Assembly (NCBI RefSeq): GCF_000143415.4
Contig: NW_003314267.1
Coordinates: 544,908 to 608,907 of the forward strand
DNA from: Selaginella moellendorffii
Lineage: Eukaryota > Plantae > Lycopodiophyta
DNA length: 64,000 bases
Direction of reading: 5' to 3'
In this document: piece after piece, positions 50,000 through 63,568 of the stretch
Numbering within the stretch: position 1 is the stretch's first letter
Layout of the letters: every line of letters starts with the position of its first letter
Made by a program: the position numbers and the translations under genes
The notes under the pieces: model-generated
Database searches by the model: none
Told to the model about the DNA's origin: nothing
What the model saw: the letters and a program-made list of their open reading frames with translations, nothing else

Positions 50000-50770
50000 T
50001 GTCAAACATTCTCTTTGCAAAAAGCACACATCAATTTCGGGCAAGAGCACAATCTGCTATCATGCTGTGATCAGCATTGCTTCAAACGCTTCCTCCAACT
50101 TCTAGTAGTTAACATACCCTGTCAGCATGGCAGTCCACGTAACCTCGTCTCATCATTCATCAAAGAGATTCTTTAGATGTTGCCGGACTAAATGATCGCC
50201 TTGATCAGGCAGACCTAAATATATGGCTTTAGCGTCATGAGTCTGTTCTTGAGAGCAGGATTGCAGTGCAAGCAAATGCTGCATGCTGTAAAAATTCTTC
50301 TCAGCCTCAACTGTCGTCATGATCTGCACAAGCACAGCACAAGACAATGGACTCGTGAAGCAGCCACTTTCCGCCAAGATGACAAGAAAAGTAGTGGACA
50401 CAACCAAATCCTTATGAGGGTGGCCAAAGCACTGGGCGTGAATGATAGAGGAGCAAACTTTGGCATGTTGGAAAAGATGTTCTTCACCCTTGCAAATGCC
50501 CAGTTTGGGCAGTTGCTGCTAGATGAGAAATCCAAGAAACAAGATCTTTCGGCATAAACAGAGTCCTTAATTGGCATATGTTGGTTGTTTGTGGTCTAAG
50601 AGATTAGCTCCTTTCCGGCATAAGCTCAAAGATGCATTGCTTTATCCAAATGCCCATTTGTGGCATACTATCATTGCATTCTAGCCTCTCTCTCATTTTT
50701 TCAAAAATCCACAAGGTGTCCTCTAGCCTATGGTTGTTTACATATTCTGTCAACATGGTAGTCCACGGAA
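50000..50770 (-). pseudogene. PPR fragment, inverted duplicate of 47430-48140
   Basis: Near-identical translations (MPIKDSVYAERSCFL..SSSSNCP.WAFA) on opposite strands. Confidence 0.85.
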
Positions 50771-51224
50771 CTAGTATGTCTACATGTGCTACTATGGGCA
50801 ATGGCCTAAATTCTCAAGCCTAGCCAAGGTTTATTTAGACGCTCTTGGTCGACTAATTAGATGGTTTTTACTATTACAAAAATATAATTTTGAAATAGTA
50901 TATAGACCTAGAAAATTCTATAAACAAGCCAATTACATAAAGTGTATCATTATAAAAGAGTTACCTAATACTAAAGTAAACAAACTCTCAAATGTTATTT
51001 ATTTGCAATTTCCGAACCTACCACTTGGTTGGAAGATATATAAATCTATCTTTCTATGGGTTCCGTTCCACCCCACTATAACTTGCTAAAGAAAAAGAAA
51101 TTGTTTATTTTAAAGACATTGAATTTTGACTTCTTAGAAAGTTATTCAACCCAGTATTATTCAAACCCAATGACAGTTAACTAATTTCGAGATAGGACCC
51201 AAGAAAGAGTCTGAGATGGAGTTT

Positions 51225-51655
51225 GCGAACAAGCACATTAATCATACATGAGTAGTGCTGCTTTGAGGGTTTGATGAAGTGATCAAACTAGAAAGACACA
51301 AAGAGATCTTGAGCTATGGCAGTAGTGCCTTTATGAGCACATGATGTGAGCAAAGTTGTTAACCTAGCTTCATCAGGTGTATTAGTAGCGACCATGGTTT
51401 GAAAGGCATCCAAGGCTTTGGAAATGGCCCCAATCCAAGAGTATGCCACCAGCATTGCGTCCCAAGATATGAAATCCTTGTCTGGCATTGTTAAGAATAT
51501 CTAATTTGCCATACCCAGATGCTCATTTTGGGTATATGCAGAAAGCATTGCACTCCATGAAGATTGATTTCTTTCTTGGATTGAATCAAACACACTTTGG
51601 GCTTCCAGTAACTGTGAATTTGATGATAAACCAGACAAGAGAGCATTGAAAGCAA
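51225..51655 (-). pseudogene. PPR fragment, inverted duplicate of ~44630-45045
   Basis: MPDKDFISWDAMLVAYSWIGAISKALDAFQTMV matches the 44.8-kb copy. Confidence 0.85.
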
Positions 51656-52809
51656 GATGCAAATGGTGAGGGTGATGAAGAGCATGAAGGAGGCGGCTGG
51701 GATCTGGAATTGCCCCAGATGCCTATATTTTATTTCCATATTCTATGCACTCACAAAATTAAAATCTTATACATCTTTTTATAAATTTACTTATATGAAT
51801 AAATATAATTCTTAAAAATAATTGTGAAATATTTAATATTTATAGATAAAAATATATTTATATCAAAAAAACATTTTTAATTTTTTAATTTAACTTTATA
51901 ATTTTAATTATTTAAAGCCCATCAATTCTTTTTATATTATCAAATTGATAACACTATCACTACTAACATTAGCCCCTCCATGAAGGTTTATTCTTACCTT
52001 CACAAGATTTCCTGTATTATACAATATGAGATAAAAAAGAACTTTTAAAGAGGTTTATAGAAGATGACCATAAATTGTTATTCTTAGTTTAAATTAATTT
52101 TATGTTAAAACCTTTTACTTGTTATAACTTTTAATATCTTTGAATGTGTAAAAACATTCTAATACTATATATTCCCCTGAAAATATATGTTCTTATGATT
52201 AACAACATATTTATATATACTTATCATAATAAATATATAATTATGGATGATTATCATCTTTATGTTTGTGTTAATGAATAATAAAGTTATTGATGTTGCA
52301 AAAATAAATATTTATAAGATTTATTAAATTTGATACATTTATATCTTTATATTTTTTATAAAGATAAAACTACATTTTGAAAGAGTAAATTTTTTAATAT
52401 AAATAAATTACAAAAAATTATTTTATATATATATATATATAAAGAGAGAGAGAGACACAGACACACATTTACATTATTAGGTATTCATTTGGAGTAATTT
52501 TTCTTTAGATATTACTATTTTAAAATTTTTTCACAAACATAATTTAATATATTGGGACATTTTTAAAAATTAATTTAGATATGCATTATTTTCTATTTTC
52601 AAATACAGCAAGAAATCTACATATGTAAGGTTTACACATGTAAATATAATTTTTATCATATTATTTAAATGTATGATTGGATATTTTTTAAGGTATAAAC
52701 TTGCAGAATATTAACTGTAGTGGGCATTAAATGATAAAATACGTTTTAATGAAATAAAATTGGAAATTCATTTGCTTAGTTTTCCTCTAACAAAATTAGT
52801 AGAGGGACA

Positions 52810-55182
52810 TCAAGGATGACGCCACGCAGACGCCGTCAAGAGGCACAAGTCTTTCCACCCAAGCTTGAGCGTTCCATTGTCCTCCACCAGAGTGTATCCT
52901 TGCAAAGGAAACATCCCCAGCAACAGCGTCGCCTGTGTGGCTGCATTCCCAGCCAACGAAATCGGCCGAAACCCCGACTGCTTGAGCTGATCCCTCCACT
53001 GCTCAAACTTGACCTCTCCAGTCCGTGCAGGCCCGCCAACCGCCAGTATGTTCTTGATCTCGCAAGACAGCAGCTGCTGCTCCACCATATGCCGATCCGG
53101 ACTATCCTCCGGAAAGCTCGCGCCAAGAGAATCAAACAGTGCCGAATAGTAGTGCAGCGCCTCCACGAACCGGTTGAGAAACGATCCCGCGTGGCTCAGA
53201 TCTTGCTCCACCATGGTCACCACCTTTGGCTCCAAAGACCCAAGTAGCTTCAAGGTCTTGGAATCTGACCCGGTCACGTCGTAGAGCGAGTGGTGCAGCC
53301 AGTGCACTGCGAGCGCGTCGCCCTGCCGGACCTTGAGTGTCGCAGCGTCGCAGTGGCCGATCTTGTCCGCCACCGCGAAGAACTCAAAGGGCAGGCCGAG
53401 CGAGCTCGCAAAGTCGGATAGCCTCTTGCCGGTTGCCTCGAGCGCCTCGGCCGAGGTGCCCAGTCCGGTGATCCGGACGTTCGGAGGGCCTCCCGGCCTG
53501 GAAGCCAAGATGTGGAAGAGCGCCGGCCACTGCAATCCTTGCATGATATCAATGTCGACAATGTGGACGCTTTGCTCGCCCTCGAACGCCTCGAGGATGG
53601 CCTGGTTTGCGGTGAAGTGCGAGAACTTGACGAGAGGGCACATCCCGTTGAAAATCTGGAACGCGGCGGCGATGCTGTGGTTGTAGACGTGGTGAATCCC
53701 CGGGAGCGCGGAGCAAATGCCCAGGCACGAGTTTACCATCCGCGCCGCCATGGCCTCGGCGAAGTAGGCGGCGACGCGCTGGACGGAGCTCCCATATGGC
53801 GATGCCAGCTCCGTGAGCTGGGGCTGGATGAGGTTGGCCTCCTCGAAGTTGTCCGTGGAGATGGCCTCGGCGCACTGGAGAAGGAGCGCCAGGAGCTGCA
53901 AGCCGGCATCGTCGCTCGTGCCGGCGATGGTGGCGGCACTCGTGGCGGTGGTGGTGGCGGTGGCGGCCCCGCCACCGCTGCCGGCTTGATCGTCTTTCCC
54001 CGATGGCTGGTCCTGCGACTCGGAGGATTTGTCTTTGGAAGAGTTTGTTGGAGAAGGGAGCTGCTGCTTTGCGTGATTCTTGTGCTGCTGCTGGNNNNNN
54101 NNNNNNNNNNNNNNNNNNNNNNNNNNNNNNNNNNNNNNNNNNNNNNNNNNNNNNNNNNNNNNNNNNNNNNNNNNNNNNNNNNNNNNNNNNNNNNATTTCT
54201 GGGATGATTCTAGTGATAACTTGAGACCATCGTGAGGAGGAGGAGGAGGAGCCTGCTGCTCGAATGACTTCCCTTCCATCGCCATTTCCTCCACGCGACT
54301 ATTCCCACAGTCTTCCAGACGGTGGGGTACTGTTTCTGGATCCACTCTCGACCGCTTCAAGCTCGGCTGCTCCACAGCCGCGGCCGCGGGATTGACGGAG
54401 TGGCCATGATGCTTGAGCTGGTTTTGCTGCTGCTGCTTGAGAGAGTGATGACCATGCAACATCTCGTGGTGGTGCCGCAAGCTGATGATCCTCGACTCGA
54501 TAACCGGAGCTACGTGAGGATTGCACGGCGAGAGGTTTTCCAGCAGCGACTGCCATATGTGCTCGGCCGGCATGCTCGGAAAGCTGTGAGATATGTCACT
54601 CACCATCGTTTCCAGCCACACTGCAACAGTTCCCTCGTCCATGGACCTGATCTCGTTCATGGAAAATCCTCCTCCTCCAGCCGGCCCGGCCTTGGAATTC
54701 ATGCTCGAATCGAGCTCCATCGACGTGGGAAGTGTTCCCCACTGCTGCTGGCTGGAGTTTCTCCCATCGTTGTAGTGATCTTGTTGGAAGAGGAGACTAT
54801 TATCTGGCGCGAACAATTGCGAGCTTGGCGAGCGGAAGAGATTGGCGGCGCTGCTCGACGACCAGCCGGATGGCCCGTGGAGTGATCCCCATAGGCCTGG
54901 TGACGCGCCCTGGAAGAATCCCGGGCTTGGAAGCTGCCATCCCAGAAGTGAAGGAGATGGCGGCAGCTCCATGGTGGACGAGGAGGAAGAAACCCGCGAC
55001 TGGGAAGATGACTTTGATGAGCTTAAAGTCGATGCTCCTGGCTCGTACGACGTCGTGTTCGTCGCTATAAGTGACAGTCCACCATCGCTGGGCGACTCGA
55101 AGGAAGAAATACCAAAGCTTTGCGAGTTGTGGTGGAGCGTTTCAGTTGCGTGTTGGTGGATCTCGTCACGATCTCCTCCCAT
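52810..55182 (-). CDS. SCR: SCARECROW-type GRAS transcription factor
   Basis: [95 protein letters not shown]; 100-N assembly gap 54095-54194 in a Gln-rich tract, so the true length is uncertain. Confidence 0.95.
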   Translation of the reverse strand: MGGDRDEIHQHATETLHHNSQSFGISSFESPSDGGLSLIATNTTSYEPGASTLSSSKSSSQSRVSSSSSTMELPPSPSLLGWQLPSPGFFQGASPGLWGSLHGPSGWSSSSAANLFRSPSSQLFAPDNSLLFQQDHYNDGRNSSQQQWGTLPTSMELDSSMNSKAGPAGGGGFSMNEIRSMDEGTVAVWLETMVSDISHSFPSMPAEHIWQSLLENLSPCNPHVAPVIESRIISLRHHHEMLHGHHSLKQQQQNQLKHHGHSVNPAAAAVEQPSLKRSRVDPETVPHRLEDCGNSRVEEMAMEGKSFEQQAPPPPPHDGLKLSLESSQKXXXXXXXXXXXXXXXXXXXXXXXXXXXXXXXXXXQQQHKNHAKQQLPSPTNSSKDKSSESQDQPSGKDDQAGSGGGAATATTTATSAATIAGTSDDAGLQLLALLLQCAEAISTDNFEEANLIQPQLTELASPYGSSVQRVAAYFAEAMAARMVNSCLGICSALPGIHHVYNHSIAAAFQIFNGMCPLVKFSHFTANQAILEAFEGEQSVHIVDIDIMQGLQWPALFHILASRPGGPPNVRITGLGTSAEALEATGKRLSDFASSLGLPFEFFAVADKIGHCDAATLKVRQGDALAVHWLHHSLYDVTGSDSKTLKLLGSLEPKVVTMVEQDLSHAGSFLNRFVEALHYYSALFDSLGASFPEDSPDRHMVEQQLLSCEIKNILAVGGPARTGEVKFEQWRDQLKQSGFRPISLAGNAATQATLLLGMFPLQGYTLVEDNGTLKLGWKDLCLLTASAWRHP
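54095..54194. other. Assembly gap (100 N) beside a CAG/CTG tract
   Basis: Run of n. Confidence 1.
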
Positions 55183-58100
55183 TGCTCCTCATCTTGGTGA
55201 TTGGGAGGAGGCCTCAGCGGCATTCTTCTGTTCATGGGAAAGACTAGGTGAGTAGCGTCCCAAGAAAAGAAAAAGAAGACAAGTGATAAGGGAGAACCAT
55301 CTACAAATTCTAAAGCGTTTTCCAAGAGATTATAGGTAGAAAAACTTACGCGTTGCCTTCCGACGTGTGCGTGACAACTCGTTCACTGGGATCGACTGAT
55401 TGATGACTTCTATGAAGGCTACAAAGCGATGCTACATAGATTGCTGCTGCTCACAGTGGAAGATAGCAAAGGAAAGAACAGCGCGTTTGTTTGCGCGATC
55501 CTTTCAAGCTATGCCACACACTAGACAGCGAAGAAAGGGAGCGAAGGGCGCGACAAGAGGACGACAAAACAAAAACCAGCCCTTGATTCATATTAATTCC
55601 AGCACTGTACGGGATGCCAAAACTGTTGAAACGGTACGTGGTTTCTTGCCGTAATACACTACTGTTTTGCCTTTTGCTCTTGAATTTTTATAAACGAAAA
55701 AAGAGAGAGTGAAGAGTATTTCAACCTTCACTCGTTTCAATCCAAGGAAAAGATTTTCATATAGAAAAGCTATATGAATGGGCCAAGTTTTCCCCCCAGT
55801 TGATCGACAAGTTGCCAACTTTTTCTTGCTTCAAGCAATCCACATGGCGCGAAGAGGAGCGATGCAATTTTTTCTTTTGGCAACCACAAGGTCGGCAGCA
55901 ATGGAAATGGTAAGCTGTGATTTCTTCGAAATAGTTTTTAAACCTGTCTTAATCAGTGGACACGCTTAGAATGCTCTTCCCCCTGACTCTAGTTTGATTA
56001 AAATACGAATAGGTTTGAAACATTCGGGTCGGCTCCAAATACAAAACGGTAGCTCTCAAAATAAATAAGTTCTTTTTATATATACACATATATTTCAAAA
56101 ATGAGCTTGAGAGGGACTTCCAGTAAATTGCAGGCCTTAGCAGTTGTCTCGAGTTTGGAGGCGGGTTCTCACTGGACAACTATCAAACAGCAAGTATTCT
56201 TAAGACTTCCTCTCCCACCTCCAAATATTTTTGTAAATTTTTATGTTCTGGGTGCATGATTACCACCACCAGGAGGAGAAATTTTTAAACATGGCACTCT
56301 ATGCAAGCTTATGTGTGTTTTTTTTTTTTAAATGATAATAATAATGATGGTATATAAATTACTGTTTTTTCTATCTGGTGCCCTGCAAAGATCTGGGGCC
56401 CGAGATGAACTCGCAATCCAGCAATAGGTTGGAATAAAGGACAGTGGCTACGCTTAGTTAAAAAGTTTTTAGAGCATTTATCTTAATTTATACAAGCGAT
56501 GCTATTGTCTTTTGTATGACCCCGGTCATATGGAGACGGATTATCCTGCCATTTGTGATCACGACTGCTCTGGACACACTCGTAAATGCTATTAAGTGCT
56601 AAGTAACTCTCTTTGGATGGATTAAGTTAAGCCTGGATAACATTTGCTCTTCTCTTGTTTGGAGAGATCTGTCATATAGATGGGGCCACAAAATACGCTC
56701 TCCAAAACCAGAGAAAAATCTTGGGTGTTTCTCTTCCTTTTTGACAAGAAAAAAGGCACACAATTTTTAGCTCTTTTCTGTCCCTATTTTTTTCATGCAT
56801 AGTGGAGTCGTGGTTGTGTCTGTACTGTAGTGACAAGCAAAGCACTTGACGCGGCAGCCCCTGGCTAGCCGCGTGAGAATACCGAGCAACACAACAAAGA
56901 ATATAAGAATAATAAAAAAAACCATGCAAAATTTTATATATATATCCGTATCACGGTTTCGTAAAAAGATAATCATTTACCTTCGAACTAAACAAAGCAA
57001 ATACGAAATCTATCTCATCCCTGCGCAGGGTTTTACTCCTCGTCTCTAGAAACCAGCACTAGATTCTCACATGAATCCCACGTCCTTGGCTGGTATATAT
57101 CGATTCGCGATGATACATGGAGCTTTCGTTTATGGGGAAGTGTGGTAAAATCCATCCATTTCGGTGGAGAAAGAGAAACGCGATGTAGACGTTGGATCCT
57201 CTCAAATCTATTCACCCGGTCAGTGCAGGGTACGATGCATCTCGGCCGTTGGAGGCCCACAAGCAGCGGCTGGGATCATCCGGGCTGGAACTACGTGCAT
57301 ACTTTTTTCCTGTACTTTTTTATATATTCTAATTTTTATTTTTCTCAGAGAGACCATGAAAAGCAGTGCAGCCCAGGCTATAGCAGCAGAGCAGTCTTTC
57401 TCCGTTTCCTCTTGGTAAATGTTTCGCGATTTCTTTAGTTTCCGTGGCTCTTTGAATTTGATCCCTTGAGTAGTTTTATATCTCTGGTGCTGCGTACAAA
57501 TGCCGTGGCTGGGCAATTCCGTGGTGGGGCTTAGATTTTGCGCTCAGTGTGCTGCAGCCAGCGAGAAAACGAGGGAATATAAACTGTGAATCTGGTGATG
57601 ATGGTGCGGCTGCGCGTCCACCTTTTCTTATGTATAAATTTATCTATATACATGAGCGTGAGGACCAAGAGACAAACTTGTACGACTTCATACAAGTCAT
57701 GCAGACTTTTTCTTTCGAAATTTAAGAATGCAAACTTTAGCAAGGGTCATTTTTATTTTGGAAAAGTTCTAGAGCTGACATTGGTTCGTCTTCTTTACAA
57801 AACCAACATCCTTTGCGAGAGAAAGGCGCTTAACAGTCGTAAAGTTTCTTTCGAAAAGGTGGTGAAACATTTGACAAAGCAGTCAAGCGTCAAGTTTGCA
57901 CAATGACTCTCCGGTGTCCATGCTCTCCACACGTCAAGCCGCTCGGCTTGGTGTGCGAGTCTCACGGCCTTCTTCATCCTTACTCTCATCTTGAAATTCC
58001 TCCAATCGCTTGCACCATCACTTGAATTCCCGTATGACATCTTGCTCCATGGAAGACAAGATGCATGGGAGCAAACTCTTGTTAATTCCTCAATCTAATA

Positions 58101-60719
58101 GTTTAAGCATGTAGAAATCATTAGTGAGTGGTGTTAGCAATAGTGTTTTTTTTTAATTCATATAGATTAGAGGATGTACTTTTCTAATATTACTTATTTT
58201 CAACTAAAGAAATAATTTTTGGTTTGCTCAAGCAAACTTGTAAGGGGACTTGGTAGTGAATATATCTAGAATATGTTTGGATATTTTAGGATATTCTACC
58301 ATTTAATGGTTGCTATTCATTTAGATTAATTTTGTATTTATAATTTATAAACTTTCTTAAACCCTTTCCAGTATATTATTTTTTATTTTATCATTTTAAT
58401 CTTGTGTTTATACATTACAAACGTGCTTATAATTATAAATTTTATTTGATCAGTTGGATAAATAAGTAAGAATAACACTGCTATTAAGCAAACCAAGTGT
58501 TGCTATGTGCAATGCATAGCAATTTATTTTGTGCTGGAAAACCATATTAACCTTGGAGTTTGGTTAGTGAAAGTAGGTAAATACTAGCTTGAGAATAATA
58601 AAGACTAAATATCATTTTATCTTTTTAAATTTTTGAAATAAAATCTTTCAACCCAATGCTATGTGCAAAATGTTAAAATATAACTTTTAAGTATAAATAT
58701 GGAAAATAATGTTATAGTAACATATTGCAAAAATTTTGCATTTATCTACAAGAAAGGTTTCACTTATATATTTAAAAAAATAATTGGTAAATAGAAATGT
58801 AAAAACATTTAGAATAAAACTTTATCCAAGTTAATTTAAACTTTGAAGATTTGGGATAGGGTGAGTGCCTTGTCACAAATCCATTTGATTTTTATCCCTA
58901 ATATTTATAATTGAGAAAAAAAATCTCAAACCTAATTTGCTCTATATAATATTTTTATATTTCTAAAGGGACATAAATAACTAAAATTTCAATTTGAATA
59001 GTTTTAAGACACTTCAAAACTGGAAATGCCACCTAACTTTATATTTTTTTTTTATAAATGGAAGTATAATTTATTATTAAATTATTTTTCTAAAAATAAA
59101 TTCAATATTAGGATCTGATATTATTTATTAGGAATAAAGAAATTTTTTAGTTTGGTAAAAATTTAGCACATATATATTATCTTAAGATTAATTGAAATTA
59201 AAAAGATGAATAATGAAACTTTATAATTTGATATAATATTCAATTTTATATAATACTTTATATAAAAATATATATATCCTGATACATTTTATTTAATATG
59301 TAGTCCTTGTGTTTTCTTAAAATATCCAGGTATTTTTAGGATATTCTTCAGTTTTACTTTAAACTTCTCTATTGTTTATTTGCATAGGATGGTAATGGAT
59401 ATACCTAGAAAATGCTTAGATATTCTTTGTTTGTTATTCATTTAGATTAATCTAGTATTTATATTTTATAAACATGTTTATAATTGATAAACTTCTCTAA
59501 ACACTTTGTAGTATATTCTTGTTTATTCTACTATTTAATGGTTGATATGTAATTTTGATTTATAAACTATAAACATGTCTATAAATATTGATCAATTGGA
59601 TTATTATTATTAAGCTTTGTCACAGTTTTATAATCAGGTTTTAATGCTAATTTATATAAACCCTATTTAAGTTTAGAGTTTCTAATTTTCTTTGCCTCTT
59701 TGTCAGACTTTGCATGACCTCTAGACAATCTAAAAGCTTCATTTTTGACAAAACACCTTTAACTTCCTATATCTTTTCTACAAAAGGTTAGAGTTTTAAG
59801 AGTTTTAGTAATGCTGCACATTGTGTGACTATGATCCTATAAAAAAATTATTTTAGAGCTCCTTAACAAGATGCAAATGAGAAATGTCACATGTGCTGCT
59901 CTTGAAGCTTTTGGAGTGTTCTAGTAGCATAGAAAAACCAAGAAGAAAAAACTAGAGATATTTTGAGCATGGGGCAAATGATCCACTCTTAAAGCTATAC
60001 AGAGTCTTAGAAAATTTCTTAAGCATCTCTTACACTTTACATTCATATACACTATAAGAAAGTTTGTCATGTCTGATTCCTATTGGTTGCTGCTTGTTAA
60101 TGTCATTCCATCCAAGGATTGTTCTTTCATTAGCTTGCCACTTACAATGAGTTTTCTCATACATTACAAGCAGATGGATTAGAGATGTAATAAAACTTGC
60201 TACCAGATGAAAAATCTACCATTTTAATTTGCCAAACCAAGCTTGTCATTTTGATTCTTGATGTAAACTTCAATAAATAAATCCTAAAAGAAATTGATTT
60301 ATGTTATACTATCAATTCTTTTATTGTATATTATATCTTGTGTGTAACAATCAGACTTTTTTTCACTCACTGGGGCAGCTAGAAATTTTATGTCTGCAAG
60401 CCACCTATAATATGTTACATTGTTGATGGATTTGCATATGAAGGTAATTGATAAATGATAATTAATTAATTCAATTATTCATCAAAATATTTCTTTCTTT
60501 TAAATCCTAATTAAATTAAATTAAGTTCCACTATTTTTTATTTTAATTAAAAGAAATATACAATCTCTAGTGTAATCATCATCAATGTCATCGTCAACGC
60601 TATTTCCTTCCCTAGCTTCCTGAAGTGTCACTCCACAGCTTGCCTTGATCCTTAATATTTCTCCAGTAAAACCGTTAGCAGTAAAAGGAGGCTTGGCTTG
60701 AGAAAGTCCAACAATGGTC

Positions 60720-61740
60720 ACCTGCAGAGGCTCCTCACTTCTCACCACCACCGAGCATCGTTGTGAAGAAGGCCACGGTGATGGATCATATTCAGGGCTC
60801 GAGCATCTTCTTCCCCGTATCGTCCAGCTGATGCAGCATCGAGAGCATGGAAATCGCGACGCTGGCCACCATAGCTCAGCACAAGCAAGCAAACATGTCA
60901 CCATACATAAACCCATGGCTCCTCAGCTGTGGTATGGCACGGCCTTGGATACTCTGTAGCTTCATGTATGCCAAAATCTCCTTGACAAACCTTTTGAGCT
61001 CGTCCCTCAAGCAGCTCCGATGGCTCCCAAGGTCCCGGATCTTGAGCACCACTTCGTCGCCGTTGCGCACCTTAGCATGAGTATGTCACAGTTGAATTTG
61101 TAAAGCCTGCTCCCCAGCTCAAACTCTCCACTCGACCAAAATTTGAGTTCCTCATGGATTTGGTCCTCGGTGCTGCTACCATCTAGCGTCGTTGCAAGGT
61201 CTTTCACCATGGCCTTCATCGCGTCTTTCATGCCTGTGAAATCAGTAACGCGGCCTACATTCCCCAAAGTTTCTGGGGGTTTTACCACCTTTTCCTCGGA
61301 CAGAGCCATGAGGTACCAGAAGCAAGCCAAGGTGACGCTCTCGGCCTCCACCGGCAGTGAGAGGTCTCGTCACCGTAGCAAAACCAGTACTTAGTCCTCC
61401 CGGATACGCGACGGTGGAAACGCTGGCAAAGTATCGAGCTCCACAATACCCACGAGCAGAGCCGGAGCATCATCCCTGTCTCGCCATTCCACGCAGATAT
61501 CCGGCCAGCCCACCACGCTTTGAGCAGAGACTGCAGTGATGTTTCGCAAACCGTCCTGGAGGTCCATAGCCAAACCCGACACGTCCGATATGGGCTCCAC
61601 GGTGATGTCGGGCTTGGAGTAGAAAGAGCCCGTGCTTGGCAGCTGCTTAGAAGTCTTGCACCTCGTCCAGGAAGCCATCCCAGGCTCCCAGCGCCCAGGA
61701 GGCTGACGCAAAATCCGTGTGGATGCTTTTCGAATTTCAC
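60720..61740 (-). pseudogene. REase-like plus protein-kinase-like pseudogene (fungal/Crinkler-type architecture)
   Basis: WPDICV...VGIVEL, TKYWF, LSLPV..SVTLACFWYLMAL, then VVLKI...KEILAYMKLQSIQGRAIPQLRSHG and GLLHND; several stops and frameshifts. Confidence 0.6.
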
Positions 61741-63568
61741 TATCGTCCTCGTAGACCGGTGGCGGTATATAAACCTGGGCCAGCTCTGCGGCCGTTAGCT
61801 TACTGCTCCCGGCACCATCGATTGGGTTTAGGGTTTGGAATTTTATTTAACAAACTGTTTAAGCTGTTTTCTATATGTCTAAACGTCCACCTTAGTTATG
61901 TTTACAACTTGAGCATCAGCACGAGCTTCCACTTCGGCTAGTCGAGTTTGCTGTTCATTTTCTGTAGCAGATTCCAGGTTTCTTTTTCTTTTTCCCTTTT
62001 CTTCTCTTTGCCGGTGACGAGCTAAGTGCCTGGAGCTTTTCGATTCTTTTAACTACTGAGAGGTTTGTGGGAGAAGCACGTGTGGATGAAGCGGTCAATG
62101 TCTTCAATACTTTCAGCAAACCATGGGAGGTGAGAAAACGAAAGAAGAAACTCTACTGTGCAGTTCAACCAAGCTGGGGATGCCTTGTACGCTCTAAAGT
62201 TTGATATCTATGTTGAGGCATCCAGAACAAAGCGTCATGACAGGTATTTGTAGGTCTGGGGTTTTGGCATTTGTAGCTGTGTCCTTGCGAGTCAACCTGA
62301 CCTTCTCGACTACAGAAAAAGCAGTGCGCGAGCAACCAGTTATGATCCACTCGACATTGGACACAAACTTCTCAAGCTCATCCCCATTTTTGGTTTCTTT
62401 AATGTTCCATAGAAAGATCGTTTCACTTCGATCATCAGGTGAGATGCTGGTTTCACAGAAAACTCCTCCTTTTCTACCTGGAAGACTTTGCTACTGTGAT
62501 GCAAAGAAAAGTGCAAAACGAAATCACGCTTTCACCTTTGATCGTTCTCTTGGATAAGTGTGGGTGGCTTGAGCACGATATTACAAAAGTTCACATCTAC
62601 TATGAAAGAAGCAGCTTTTTGGGTATGGAAAAAGAGTGAGTAGAAGTCCATGGAGAAAATAATTTGCTATACTGGTGTTTTATGAATTTATCTTACATTT
62701 ATCATATATCACTTGTAACACCATTAATTTCATTGACTGAAAACTCTACACCTTGATGGATTTTGCATTCTGGGTAAATTCTCTTCTCAAGAAACTAGCA
62801 GGTTTAAGTTGCTAGTGGAATTCACAATTTAAAAGGATTTTAAAAATGGAAAATTGGTCAAATATTATTGAAAACTTGTAGAATCTGGTAAGAAGCTAGC
62901 TGTGGAATAAAAATCTACGTGCTTAACTTAGAACTAATGAATTATCTATCCCTAAAAATGAGAGTTTATTAACGAAAAACTGTGTTACTTGCATTAACTT
63001 TCTAATCATCCTCGTTGTTAGGATTCACCATTTTCTTAACCATACTGCAAATAGGCTAAATGTCTTTTTTCATTGATAACAATGTATTAGATGCATATAT
63101 GAAAAAAGTATTTTGAAAGTTTTAATCTTAGTTGCGTTGAGTTGCTAATTTTTTATGATCTTTTAGAATACTACATTGATCTTTATTGCTATATATTTTC
63201 TAACTTGATCTTTTTTACATATTAAATGTTTATTTACTTAAATTACTTGTAAAAACTTAGTTTCAACATATTATAAATTCAAGATGATTATGAATTCTTA
63301 GTTTTTTTAGTGTGAATAGATTTACTGAACATATATTTATTAAGTCAATGGAATTATAAACATTCATCATAACTAAATTTAACAAGTAGTTAAAAATATA
63401 AAATTTAATGCTATAAAAAATACAATATTAGGCCATAAAAGTAAGCACTTTTTTTTATTGAAAAAATTAATTTTTTTTTAAAATTTTGAATAACTATATA
63501 TAATTTAGCATATAAATTTTAAAAGTAAGCATATATTTGACAGAATTTCTTTTACTTTCTACTTTGAG

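Noticed and set aside
52816-55255. Plus-strand ORFs overlapping SCR
   Set aside because: Antisense shadows of GC-rich coding sequence
57500-58060. Small minus-strand gene upstream of SCR
   Set aside because: Short frames with stops and no recognisable domain; cannot be supported
58100-60500. Helitron in AT-rich DNA with a local duplication (~58250-58460 vs ~59390-59600)
   Set aside because: No convincing 3' hairpin plus CTRR terminus identified
62040-62640. PPR-like fragment (EARVDEAVNVF)
   Set aside because: Too short and degenerate to call
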